This document shows positions 1 to 8,992 of a stretch of DNA of 57,084 nucleotides, one piece after another. The notes below the pieces were generated by a model. That model was not told the origin of the DNA. It was given only the letters and a program-made list of their open reading frames with translations, and did no database searches. Position numbers and translations under genes: made by a program. The first letter of the stretch is position 1; each line of letters opens with the position of its first letter. The DNA is taken from positions 1 to 57,084 of the IMG/VR virus record IMGVR_UViG_3300040047_000001, one strand, 5' to 3'. The stretch is from a virus (Duplodnaviria; Caudoviricetes).

Positions 1-134
1 CACTCGGGGAGTATGGTGGCTTCCGCTACAACGAGATCAATGGTGTGCTTCGCGGCACCCGAACGGCCCTGCGACCGGAGCCGGGTGATGCGTCGGTACC
101 GTCGATTGTGCGACGGATAGATGCGGCGATGAAG
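1..134. repeat. Terminal direct overlap, copy 1 (circular assembly overlap)
   Basis: 1-134 is identical to 56951-57084 except G/T at position 8/56958; a reading frame runs through the junction. Confidence 0.95.
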
Positions 135-479
135 ACCTCAGCCCTGACTGACGACGCTGTGGTTTGGCGGGCTGGGCGGATCACTCCAGAGTTCTTCGGT
201 GCACGGGCAGACGGAAACCTTGCCGGGTACTCCTGGCGCGAGAAGACCTACACGTCCACATCGGCCCGCCAGAAGCAGGCTGAACTGTTCGGCGGGCGAT
301 CATCGGGTGGTGTGTTGATGCGAATCCTAGTTCCAAAGGGAACGCACGGCATCGAGTTGAGCGGTATGGATAGCGAAGCAGAGTTGCTCCTGGAACGCAA
401 GCTGAAGTTCCGAGTGGTGCGCGATCGAGGGCTAAACGAAAATGGCGCGAGGCTTTTGGATGTGGAGGTATACGAATGA
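1..479 (+). CDS. C-terminal VIP2/C3-like ADP-ribosyltransferase domain of the MuF fusion protein (continues from 55789)
   Basis: R-S-E clan motifs: VVWRAG, YTSTS, SEAELLL; upstream YNEINGVLRG helix; in frame with the 55789 ORF across the overlap. Confidence 0.88.
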   Translation, partial: LGEYGGFRYNEINGVLRGTRTALRPEPGDASVPSIVRRIDAAMKTSALTDDAVVWRAGRITPEFFGARADGNLAGYSWREKTYTSTSARQKQAELFGGRSSGGVLMRILVPKGTHGIELSGMDSEAELLLERKLKFRVVRDRGLNENGARLLDVEVYE

Positions 480-574
480 CGGATGACGAGCAGAAAACCA
501 AGCAGCGTCAGGACTTCGACTATGAGCCTGAGGTGCTGTCTGAGCCTGTCGGTGGTCCGATCCCGCAACCGTAA
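476..574 (+). CDS. 32-aa acidic micro-ORF (MTDDEQKTKQRQDFDYEPEVLSEPVGGPIPQP)
   Basis: ATGA overlap with the ART stop codon; GGAGG 7 nt upstream; too short for the ORF track. Confidence 0.55.
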   Translation: MTDDEQKTKQRQDFDYEPEVLSEPVGGPIPQP

Positions 575-624
575 GAACCATCGCGCTAAGCTCCTCCTGA
601 CCATCCATTAGGCTAGGAGCCATC

Positions 625-1296
625 ATGACTATGCCAACGGGCGACGGCGCACAGAGTGGCGCTGACGGCGGACAGGGTGCCGCTGCGACCGAAGCGACAG
701 TCAGCAACACCGGGACGACCGCACAGGGTGGCGGAGAAGCCCAGACGACTACCGCTCCACAGACCCCTGCCGCGAAGACGGCGGAGCAGCTTCAGGCAGA
801 GCTTGATGCGGCCCTCCGGCGGATGCAGGCAGCTGATCAGAACAACGCCAAATCCCAGGCGGAGCTGAAGAAGCTCCAGGACGCCCAACTCTCCGAACAG
901 GAGAAGATGAAGCGGGATCTGGCGGAGGCACAGCAGAAACTCGCCGAGCGTGAAGCGGCGATCCAGCAAGAGCGTATCAAGAACGCTTTCGTTACCGACA
1001 ACACATACGACTGGCACAACCCGACAGCAGCTCTCAAGTTGGCAGATCTCTCCGGCGTCGAGATCAAGGACGATGGATCGGTCACAGGCTTGAAGGATGC
1101 ACTGAAAGCCATCGCCGACGCCAACCCCTGGATGATCAAGCCGAAGACGGGCAGCACGCCGCCGCCCGGTGACGCAGCGGCAGCAGGGAGTGGTGGCGCG
1201 ACCGGTGTTGGGGGGCGCGGTAACGGTTCCGCTTCCGGGGCCGACAAAGCAGGGATCGAGAAGCGCTTCCCACAGTTGAAGGGTCGCATCTCCTGA
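625..1296 (+). CDS. Capsid scaffolding protein
   Basis: Low-complexity N-terminus, central coiled coil, position just before capsid genes; AGGAG SD. Confidence 0.85.
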   Translation: MTMPTGDGAQSGADGGQGAAATEATVSNTGTTAQGGGEAQTTTAPQTPAAKTAEQLQAELDAALRRMQAADQNNAKSQAELKKLQDAQLSEQEKMKRDLAEAQQKLAEREAAIQQERIKNAFVTDNTYDWHNPTAALKLADLSGVEIKDDGSVTGLKDALKAIADANPWMIKPKTGSTPPPGDAAAAGSGGATGVGGRGNGSASGADKAGIEKRFPQLKGRIS

Positions 1297-1343
1297 TCTC
1301 GTTGAATAGCAACAACTAGCGCCCAGAGGGGGTGTAGGAACAA

Positions 1344-1784
1344 GTGGCACAAACCCAGTATGGCCGTTTCGACAAGTACGACGGCATGGTTGGTGGCTTC
1401 CGAGCCCCTTTGAACGCAGCCATGAGTGCGACAGGCGACGACATCGGGAAGGTCCAGGCCGTTTCGATTAACAGCTCCGGCCGTGTCGTGATCGGTGGTC
1501 CTGCTGAGACCGCGATTATCGGCGTGATCTGTCCTGTGAAGATCATGAACGCCGGGGACATCATCGACGTCGCGCAGCACTGCGAGATTGTCGACTGCGT
1601 CAAGACCGGTGGTACCGCGTGGGCTGCCGGCGACATCGTCTACGCACACGGTACGACCGGTGGCGCTGGCGTGGTGGACGCAGTTTCGACAGCTGGCAAG
1701 GTCATCGGCAAGATCACCGACGCACCGGCGGCATCGGGCCTCAAGGCCCGCATGATCGTCCGTTGCCCGATCGCGACGACGTAG
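1344..1784 (+). CDS. Head decoration / capsid cement-like protein
   Basis: 146 aa, Gly/Ala/Val-rich beta protein between scaffold and major capsid genes. Confidence 0.6.
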   Translation: MAQTQYGRFDKYDGMVGGFRAPLNAAMSATGDDIGKVQAVSINSSGRVVIGGPAETAIIGVICPVKIMNAGDIIDVAQHCEIVDCVKTGGTAWAAGDIVYAHGTTGGAGVVDAVSTAGKVIGKITDAPAASGLKARMIVRCPIATT

Positions 1785-1797
1785 GGAGGGTTGACCC

Positions 1798-2913
1798 ATG
1801 GCAGGTGGTATTCACGCCAGTGGTGATGTCCTCACCACTACCCGCGACGGCCAGGATCTCAACGCGATCTGGAACCAGTACCAGGCACTCTTGGATGCCT
1901 GGAACGCGACGCGGCAGCCGCTGATCGATCTGCTGACCTTCGCGGTCGGCGACACGATCGTGGACGACGTCGCCCAGGGCGTTGAGGAGGACTTCGAAGA
2001 GGCTTCGGAGTTCGGCCAGGCCCGCTCGATCCGGCCGATCACGGTCATCCAGCAGCGCGCCTACGACTTCAAGTGGTACGACGTCGCGGCTCGCTTCACG
2101 TTCCAGTTTCTCGCGGACGCGACGGCACGGCAGGTCGACTTCGTCCAGCAGCAGGTGCTGGAAGCCGATAACCGCCTGATCTTCAAGAAGGTCATGCGTC
2201 GGCTTTTCAACAACACCAACAACAACACCATCATCAACGGTGTCACGTACCCGGCCAAGCCGCTGTACAACGCCGATGGCGAGTTCATTCCGGACTACGC
2301 CGGTACCTCCTTCACCGCCGCATCCCACACGCACTACGTGACCTCGGGCGCGGCAACGATCGACTCCGGCGATGTCGAAGGCGTGGCCTCGCTCCTGGAG
2401 GAGCACGGCTACAAGCGGTCACAGGGCTTCCAGATCGTGGTGATGATCAACCCGGCGCAGGCTCCGGCCGTTCGACTCTGGCGCGCGGGCCAGACGAACG
2501 CGAACGGCGCTGTGGCGTCCTGGGACTCTGTGCCGCCCACCGGCACGAACCTGCTTCTGCCGTTCGGCACCCAGCTGTTCGGCACCCAGCCGGCACAGCA
2601 GTTCGCGGGGTTCGACGTCGTGGCGCTCTATGGCAACTACCTGATCATTCAGGACAACAACATCCCGGCCGGTTATATCTTCGCCTTTGCGACGGCAGGC
2701 TCCCAGCAGGGGGCCAACCTGATCGGTGTCCGCGAGCACGCTAACGCGTCGCTTCGCGGACTCGTCCTGAAGGGTGGCGATCGGACGCAGTACCCGATCG
2801 TCAACAGCACCTACGTCCACGGCTTCGGCACTGGCGTTCGTACCCGAGGCGCAGGTGCGATTATGCAGATCACCGCATCCGGCTCCTACACCATCCCGAC
2901 CGCCTACCTGTAA
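1798..2913 (+). CDS. Major capsid protein
   Basis: 371 aa; gene order; FEEASEFG segment typical of actinophage capsids; strong codon bias. Confidence 0.85.
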   Translation: MAGGIHASGDVLTTTRDGQDLNAIWNQYQALLDAWNATRQPLIDLLTFAVGDTIVDDVAQGVEEDFEEASEFGQARSIRPITVIQQRAYDFKWYDVAARFTFQFLADATARQVDFVQQQVLEADNRLIFKKVMRRLFNNTNNNTIINGVTYPAKPLYNADGEFIPDYAGTSFTAASHTHYVTSGAATIDSGDVEGVASLLEEHGYKRSQGFQIVVMINPAQAPAVRLWRAGQTNANGAVASWDSVPPTGTNLLLPFGTQLFGTQPAQQFAGFDVVALYGNYLIIQDNNIPAGYIFAFATAGSQQGANLIGVREHANASLRGLVLKGGDRTQYPIVNSTYVHGFGTGVRTRGAGAIMQITASGSYTIPTAYL

Positions 2914-2922
2914 GGAGGCAGC

Positions 2923-3225
2923 ATGTCACGCCAGATCGATTTCACGCAGCCTCTCGCGCCGGAAGACGTCGAGTACGCGAAGCAGTTCCCCGGTCTTCAT
3001 GGCCAGATGCTTCAGATGAACATGGAGACGCACGGCGTCCAGGCCGATACCACTCTCGATGGCCGCGACGACGAAGAGGTGCCGTACAGCGAGTGGACGG
3101 TGGAGGACCTGAAGGCCGAAACTCTCCGCCGGAACAAGGATGAGGGCACTAGCCTTCCAACCTCTGGCAAGAAGGCCGATCTAGTGGCCGTTCTGGAGAA
3201 GGACGACGCAGACCGTCCTGCCTGA
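2923..3225 (+). CDS. Small protein with C-terminal SAP/HeH-like helical motif
   Basis: YSEWTVEDLKAE...LPTSGKKADLVAVLE; AAGGAGG SD. Confidence 0.65.
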   Translation: MSRQIDFTQPLAPEDVEYAKQFPGLHGQMLQMNMETHGVQADTTLDGRDDEEVPYSEWTVEDLKAETLRRNKDEGTSLPTSGKKADLVAVLEKDDADRPA

Positions 3226-3241
3226 CACACCGGCTCCGAGC

Positions 3242-3283
3242 GAGGGGGACCGCAACCGAGCCAACCCGGTTGCGGTCCTCTTC
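3242..3283 (+). terminator. Stem-loop terminator after the capsid operon
   Basis: GAGGGGGACCGCAACCG / CGGTTGCGGTCCTCTTC, 17-bp stem with two G-U pairs and an 8-nt loop. Confidence 0.7.
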
Positions 3284-3305
3284 TCGAATCTAGGGGGACA
3301 CACTT

Positions 3306-3617
3306 ATGGCTACAGCGGATGAAGTCGCTGCCCTCCGGCTGTTCGTGTCGGAGCCGGACGACTCGACGTACACAGACATCATGCTGAGCACGATTCTCGA
3401 TGCTGCAGTTTCGACAAACGCTGCAGCGTATGAGATCTGGCTGCAGAAGGCTGCCGGCTACTCTGATGTGGTAGACATCTCAGAGGGGGGATCGCAGCGC
3501 AAGAACAGCGATCTCTACAAGAACGCAGTAACGATGGCAGGTCTGTTTAAGGCGCGCGTCGAACTGGATGCGCTTGGCGACGGCCGGACGCGCATCACGA
3601 AGCTGGTGCGGACCTGA
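3306..3617 (+). CDS. Head-to-tail adaptor
   Basis: Size, gene order; helical LRLFVSE...AAAYEIWLQKAA pattern. Confidence 0.7.
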   Translation: MATADEVAALRLFVSEPDDSTYTDIMLSTILDAAVSTNAAAYEIWLQKAAGYSDVVDISEGGSQRKNSDLYKNAVTMAGLFKARVELDALGDGRTRITKLVRT

Positions 3618-3970
3618 TGGCTGATGTCTATGATCTGTTGATCGACCAGGGATCCCGCTTCATGGCTGTCATCGAGCCAAAGGTGGAGTGGTTGACGACC
3701 CTGACCGGGTACGACGCTCGCGGCCAGGTCCGGGCGAGCCGGACACTGCCGAGTGCGGATGCGCCGGTGCTCTTCGACTTCGAGCCGTACCTGACCTTGG
3801 ATGCAGCGAATGGCGTTGTGATGGTTGATATTCCGGCCAATGTCACAGCAACACTCGCCTGGGTTGGGGCGGCACAGTACGACATGGAGCTGTTCGACTC
3901 CAACCCGGCGCACGATGTCCGGTTCGTCCAAGGCGAGATCCTAGTTAGCAGGGAAGTGACACGGCAATGA
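3617..3970 (+). CDS. Virion structural protein (Ig/LtfC-like beta sandwich)
   Basis: DLLIDQGS...YDARGQVR...YDMEL...VQGEI pattern seen in phage neck/tail accessory proteins. Confidence 0.55.
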   Translation: MADVYDLLIDQGSRFMAVIEPKVEWLTTLTGYDARGQVRASRTLPSADAPVLFDFEPYLTLDAANGVVMVDIPANVTATLAWVGAAQYDMELFDSNPAHDVRFVQGEILVSREVTRQ

Positions 3971-4608
3971 AGGTCTACCGCAGTGCTCCGTTGCGCATGA
4001 TGAATAAGCAGATCGACTGGGATAGCGACACCCTAGTCTGGACGCTGCATACCTCGACGTATACGCCAAATCTGGATACGCATGCCTTCGCGTCCGACCT
4101 GACCAACGAGCTTGGGGCGGGTGGAGGCTACACCGCAGGCACGGCCTCTGGCGGTGGCCTGGCTATCGCCTCGCCCACGTCGGCATACACAGCTGCCAAC
4201 TCCTTTGCCGTCTCGCGAGCCAACTCCACGGCTTACGCGCTGGAGGACGTTTTCCGGCCTGCTTCGGCTAACGGTTTCCTCTACCGCGTGGCTGTCGCCG
4301 GTACCTCGGGCGGAACGCTTCCGACATTCCCAACCGTCCTGGGGACGACGGTCGCGGACGGTACGGCGACGATCGAGTGCGTGGGATCAGGCATCATCAT
4401 CTTCGCCTGCTCCGACCCGACTTGGACGCCCACATTCACTGCTGGACCCTTCCGCTATGCCGTCCTGAGCGACCGATCGTCAGCCAGCCTCGCGACTGAC
4501 CCGCTCATCGGATACGTCGACCTGGTTACTGACAAGACGGGCGGCGGAGGGCCGTTCACGATCAACCTGCACGCGACGCTTCGCGCGTTCCACGTCTTCA
4601 CGCCGTAG
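3967..4608 (+). CDS. Virion structural protein
   Basis: IDWDSDT...TYTPNLDTH...GYTAG; Thr/Ala/Gly-rich; ATGA coupling. Confidence 0.6.
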   Translation: MKVYRSAPLRMMNKQIDWDSDTLVWTLHTSTYTPNLDTHAFASDLTNELGAGGGYTAGTASGGGLAIASPTSAYTAANSFAVSRANSTAYALEDVFRPASANGFLYRVAVAGTSGGTLPTFPTVLGTTVADGTATIECVGSGIIIFACSDPTWTPTFTAGPFRYAVLSDRSSASLATDPLIGYVDLVTDKTGGGGPFTINLHATLRAFHVFTP

Positions 4609-4617
4609 GAGGCAGAG

Positions 4618-4791
4618 ATGACGAACCCAACTCCCGACGTCCTGAACATCGAAGACAACAAGACCGTTCGGCGAGCCCGATCGCAGGGCTGCAAGTGCAC
4701 ATGGATCTGGGTCGACGGTTCGGAAGCGGGCGATACCGAGCCTGCGATCGATCTCCCGTACGCGGCAGCCTGTACGGTCCACATCAACTGA
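4618..4791 (+). CDS. 57-aa hypothetical protein with CxC...CxxH
   Basis: AGGAGG SD and ATG; exactly fills the gap; not in the ORF track. Confidence 0.65.
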   Translation: MTNPTPDVLNIEDNKTVRRARSQGCKCTWIWVDGSEAGDTEPAIDLPYAAACTVHIN

Positions 4792-4792
4792 C

Positions 4793-6730
4793 ATGGCGAC
4801 CCCTCCGGTATTTGGAGCAGAGTCTGAATCCTCGTTTACGGTCAACACAACGCCGAAGACGCAGGGTCTCTCTGTCACAGCCGGAGACTCCATCACGGTG
4901 GTGGGGTTGGCAGCCAACAACCTCACCACCCTTGGGACGCCAAGCGACAGCGTAAACACATACACCCTCACCAACTCCGTCGTTATCACCGACTTCTGTA
5001 CGGCGTACATCTGGAAGGCGACGGCCGCGACGACGGCGAGCCTGACCATCTCGATTACGCGTGGCGGCACCGGTGGCGACCACTGGGGCTTCAACGCCTT
5101 CAATGACTCGGGCTCAGCAGGATTCGGTAACGGTACTGTAGCCAACTCGACTGGCGCACCGTCGCTTGGGATTACGACAGCAGCCGATAACTCCGCGATC
5201 TATGTTCTGGTTGGCGACTGGAACGCTCTATCGACCTCGCGTACCTGGCTTACGGTCAACTCGATCACCCCGACTTCGGTTAACGGACACGAGAAGACAT
5301 ACGTCCAGGATGGCGCAAGCTACACGATCTATGTTGCCCGGTATCCGGACGCCGGTACGGCCGGAGCGAAGACGGTTGGGCTTTCGGCTCCGGGTGGCCA
5401 GAAGTACAGCATCATCGCGCTGGAGGTCAAGGGCTCCGCAGCCGTAGCCGTTACCGGAACCGATACACCCTCCGGGCTCCGACTCGGCGGAGACTCTCGA
5501 ACAACAGTCACGGCTACGGTCCTGGGGTCCGATACGCCGTCCGGTCTTCGCCTGGGAGCTAACTCCACAACCGCCACAACATCCACAGTACTTGGTTCCG
5601 ACACACCTTCGGGACTTCGCCTGGGTGCCGCCTCTACGGTGACGTCTGGCTCTGCTACGATTGCGGCCGATACTGCGCTCTCCGGCCTCCGCCTGGGGGC
5701 TGACTCGGGGGCCGGAACCACATTCACCGTTGTTGGCTCCGACTCGCCTAGTGGCTTCCGGTTGGGGGCCGACTCAGGCGCTACCGCTGCGATCGGCATC
5801 ACAACGCCAGGAGATGCCCCCTACGGCCTTCGAATGGGCGGGGACACAGGCGCGACTGTAACATACACCGTCGTTGGTGTAGACAGCCCTACAGGGCTTC
5901 GGCCGGGCACATCTACCGCGACGGTGACCTACGCGGTTGTGGCTGCCGACGCCCCGGGTGGACTTCGGATCGGCGCTGACTCGGGCGCCTCCGTCACATT
6001 CACGCTGAACGCTGCTGATGCTCCGAGCGGAGTCCGGCTCGGCGGAGACCCTGGAGCTTCTGCCGGCTCAGCGACTCTGGTTCCAGATACACTGTTCACC
6101 GGCCTGCGTCTGGGCGGAGACTCCGGGGCATCCACAACCTCCGCGCTGATTGCGCTCGACACGCCGAGTTGGCTCCGACTCGCCGACTCAGCCGTCACAA
6201 CGACTTGGACTGTGCTTGCAGGCGACACGCCGACCGGAGTTCGGCTGGGTGGAGATTCCGGTGCCTCTGCTGGTTCGGCAACGCTGGTCCCAGACACGAC
6301 CATCACCGGGCTCCGACTCGGCGGCAGCTCCGCCAGCTCGACAACCGGGGCGGTGCTCGGTTCGGACGCTCCGAGCGGACTCCGGATCGGCTCCTCTCCG
6401 GCGAGCGTCACCTATGCTGTTGTTGCCGGAGATACGCCGAGTGGACTCCGTTTTGGCGGCGCTTCGGCTGTCTCGACCTCCTCAGGTGTGCCGACTCCGG
6501 TTACGGCTGCTGATACGCCCGGGTGGATCCGGCTTGGATTCTCTCCAGCGAGCGTCTCGATCGGTCTGCCGCCGCCACCTACTGTCGACATCATCACCTA
6601 TAACCGCATATCTCGGCTGACACCGAGTGTTTCGATGGGGCATGCCGGTACGGTACTGCAGTCGACCACCGTCGAGACGTCGGTTGTGTCGCCCGACATC
6701 ATCACGACAGTGGAGGTCATACGGATATGA
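4793..6730 (+). CDS. Fibre/whisker-like virion protein with 16 tandem ~23-aa repeats
   Basis: Beta-rich N-domain followed by D-[TSA]-P-x-G-L-R-L-G repeats; located among neck genes. Confidence 0.65.
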   Translation: MATPPVFGAESESSFTVNTTPKTQGLSVTAGDSITVVGLAANNLTTLGTPSDSVNTYTLTNSVVITDFCTAYIWKATAATTASLTISITRGGTGGDHWGFNAFNDSGSAGFGNGTVANSTGAPSLGITTAADNSAIYVLVGDWNALSTSRTWLTVNSITPTSVNGHEKTYVQDGASYTIYVARYPDAGTAGAKTVGLSAPGGQKYSIIALEVKGSAAVAVTGTDTPSGLRLGGDSRTTVTATVLGSDTPSGLRLGANSTTATTSTVLGSDTPSGLRLGAASTVTSGSATIAADTALSGLRLGADSGAGTTFTVVGSDSPSGFRLGADSGATAAIGITTPGDAPYGLRMGGDTGATVTYTVVGVDSPTGLRPGTSTATVTYAVVAADAPGGLRIGADSGASVTFTLNAADAPSGVRLGGDPGASAGSATLVPDTLFTGLRLGGDSGASTTSALIALDTPSWLRLADSAVTTTWTVLAGDTPTGVRLGGDSGASAGSATLVPDTTITGLRLGGSSASSTTGAVLGSDAPSGLRIGSSPASVTYAVVAGDTPSGLRFGGASAVSTSSGVPTPVTAADTPGWIRLGFSPASVSIGLPPPPTVDIITYNRISRLTPSVSMGHAGTVLQSTTVETSVVSPDIITTVEVIRI

Positions 6731-7104
6731 GTGTTGCATCCGAGCTGGCAGTCAATCGCCGCAATACACTTCGGTTCATCGCTGCCCGTCCGATCGTGCT
6801 CCGGCTGACGACCACCGTTACCAATCGAACCGAGACAGGTGGCGTAGCCCTCTCAGACGGCCCTCTACGGACTGCGCAGACGCTCCGGCTAATCGAGCAG
6901 GCTAGCGCCTATGGCAACTCGCCTGGGCTCCTTCCGGCCCAGGACGGAAAGCAGCGACGCGTTCGCTTCCAACTGCTCGGAGCGTACGACTCAGAGATCG
7001 CCGTAGGTGACCACTGGATTGATGCTGGCGTACGGTTCGAGGTGGTAGAGCTGTTGCCGTTCAACGGCTATGAGCGAAGGGGGCAGGTAGTTCAATATGG
7101 CTGA
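6727..7104 (+). CDS. Head-to-tail stopper
   Basis: Gene order, size, C-terminal IAVGDHW...RFEVVEL motif. Confidence 0.7.
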   Translation: MSVASELAVNRRNTLRFIAARPIVLRLTTTVTNRTETGGVALSDGPLRTAQTLRLIEQASAYGNSPGLLPAQDGKQRRVRFQLLGAYDSEIAVGDHWIDAGVRFEVVELLPFNGYERRGQVVQYG

Positions 7105-7462
7105 GGCAACCTTCGAATTCAAGCCGGGCAGCCTTAAGCGCAACCTGAAGGCATTCGATGGCGACATCAACAGGCTCGTGGCAGGAGTAGTCGACTACTC
7201 TGGTGATAAGTCTGTGACGTACATGAAGACGCAAGCACCCTGGACTGACCGGACTGGGAACGCGCGAGCGACGCTTGCGGCATATGGAGTTCACACGGAT
7301 ACCTATCACGAGCTGCACCTGCACGGTGGTATGCCGTATCAGATCTGGCTCGAAACCCGTTGGGCCGCCCGCTTCGCCATCATCGGCCCGGCCGTCAAGT
7401 ATCAAGGGCTGGCGCTCATGAATCGTCTCAGAGGTCTGGTCACTAAGCTGGGGAGGATCTGA
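7097..7462 (+). CDS. HK97 gp10-like neck/tail completion protein
   Basis: APWTDRTGNARATL and Y-x-I-W-L-E motifs. Confidence 0.75.
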   Translation: MAEATFEFKPGSLKRNLKAFDGDINRLVAGVVDYSGDKSVTYMKTQAPWTDRTGNARATLAAYGVHTDTYHELHLHGGMPYQIWLETRWAARFAIIGPAVKYQGLALMNRLRGLVTKLGRI

Positions 7463-7893
7463 TGTCTGTTCGCGCGCTTGTGTACCAAGTCGTAGCGCAT
7501 GACGCCCAGCTCATCACGCTCGGACTCGGCGAAAGCAATACATTCGCGAATGGCGCTCCCGACTCACCGCCCGATCGGGTGTGGGGCGTGCTGCGGTGGG
7601 GTCCGGAGGTGCCCGGGCTCGCGGGTCAGCGTGGGCGTGCAGGACGGGTAACCGATCGCGAGGTAACCCTGTGGGTGTATGACAAGCAGCACGACTACGG
7701 CCGGATCAACGACATCATCAAGCGTTGGTGCGAGGTGATGGAGGGAATCGACGCCCAGCGTACGGGAATTGATCCGACCGATGGGTGGGTCGTGCAGTGC
7801 GATTGGCAGGGCGACGGCGACGACACGTACGACGACGTGTATGAAGCCTGGGCCAAGCCTAGCACCTATAGGATCATTGCCAGCGGAGACTGA
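7462..7893 (+). CDS. Tail terminator
   Basis: Gene order, 143 aa, LWVYD motif. Confidence 0.65.
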   Translation: MSVRALVYQVVAHDAQLITLGLGESNTFANGAPDSPPDRVWGVLRWGPEVPGLAGQRGRAGRVTDREVTLWVYDKQHDYGRINDIIKRWCEVMEGIDAQRTGIDPTDGWVVQCDWQGDGDDTYDDVYEAWAKPSTYRIIASGD

Positions 7894-7905
7894 GAGGAGG
7901 GAACC

Positions 7906-8235
7906 ATGGACAAGGGACAGGCGGCCAAGGTGGAGGCCAACCCGAACGCTGCCGAAGAGAAGGTGTTGGTTGCGGACTCGGTGGATGCCGAGCAGGCGGA
8001 GCCTCGCGAGAGCGTGACTGTGGTGCGCTTCCGTGACATGCCCGGTATCCGCCTCATCACGAGGCAGAACTGGGCGGACGCCGGAGTGCCAGACCACGCC
8101 GACACCTATTGGAACTTCGCGAACGACTGGACCGTCAAGAAGGATGATCTGGGCCTGAACGATGAGCAGTTCGCTCGGATCATCCTTATGGACCAAGGCT
8201 TCCGCGTGGAGTCGACCGATGAGGTTGTGCTCTAA
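7906..8235 (+). CDS. Hypothetical protein
   Basis: GAGGAGG SD; fills the operon. Confidence 0.7.
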   Translation: MDKGQAAKVEANPNAAEEKVLVADSVDAEQAEPRESVTVVRFRDMPGIRLITRQNWADAGVPDHADTYWNFANDWTVKKDDLGLNDEQFARIILMDQGFRVESTDEVVL

Positions 8236-8438
8236 TGTCGGAAGAACTCAGGTGCAACAACAACATTAAGTTCGGCGAGCTGGACCGGGAAGACCACGTT
8301 CTGGAAGTCAAGTGCCGCTCGCGGCGGTGCGGTGCCGAGGCTGGCGTTGTTGTTGTGCATGGGTTCGATTTGGAATCAGGGAAGCTGCTGGGTACCAAAC
8401 GCTATCGGGACCCGGCAGCACAAGTAGGAGGAGTGTAG
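8235..8438 (+). CDS. Small zinc-ribbon protein, Mu Com-like
   Basis: ELRC...KFGE...LEVKCRSRRCG resembles the Com-family RC..KLL..IEIKC pattern. Confidence 0.5.
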   Translation: MSEELRCNNNIKFGELDREDHVLEVKCRSRRCGAEAGVVVVHGFDLESGKLLGTKRYRDPAAQVGGV

Positions 8439-8440
8439 GG

Positions 8441-8992
8441 ATGGCCCTAGGGACAACCCTGCCGTTCGGGATGCGTCAGGTCCGGCTCACGCCGTACACT
8501 GATGTGTCGGCGACAGTTCTTTCCTCCAGCTCCGTCTCGCTTCCGAATTCCCAGGTCTTCTCTTTCACAGAGACAGAGGACTTTGAGGAGCTTCGAGGCG
8601 ACGACAGGCTGCAGACGTCGCACGGCAAGGGACCACAGATTGACTGGGAGCTAACGGCTGGCGGCATCTCGCTGGACGCATATTTCGTCCTCGCGGGCGG
8701 GCAGGCTCCGATCACTACCGGCACTACGCCGAACCAGGTTAAGACGTACCGCAAGCTGGTTACCGACCAGCGTGTGCCGTTCAAGGCTGAGGGTCGCGCG
8801 ATCTCCGACAACGGTGGTGACCTTCACACAATCATCTACCGGGCGAAGACGACTGGCGATATCGCTGGGAGCTTCGAGGATGGAAAGTTCTTCCTCACCA
8901 ACGCGAAGGGTACTGGCTACTATTCGCTCATATCGCCGGTGGATGCCGTTTACGACTTCGTTCAGAACGAAACTCCGGCGGTGATCTCGTGA
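8441..8992 (+). CDS. Major tail protein
   Basis: Start reassigned to ATG 8441 (SD AGGAGGAG); LPFGMRQV...FEELRGDD motif of tail tube proteins. Confidence 0.8.
   Translation: MALGTTLPFGMRQVRLTPYTDVSATVLSSSSVSLPNSQVFSFTETEDFEELRGDDRLQTSHGKGPQIDWELTAGGISLDAYFVLAGGQAPITTGTTPNQVKTYRKLVTDQRVPFKAEGRAISDNGGDLHTIIYRAKTTGDIAGSFEDGKFFLTNAKGTGYYSLISPVDAVYDFVQNETPAVIS

Noticed and set aside
5462-6570. Diversity-generating retroelement template/variable repeats
   Set aside because: These are protein-level tandem repeats without adenine-specific variation, and no reverse transcriptase is present
7909-7918. GACAAGGGAC as another leader copy
   Set aside because: Imperfect match lying inside the first codons of a CDS
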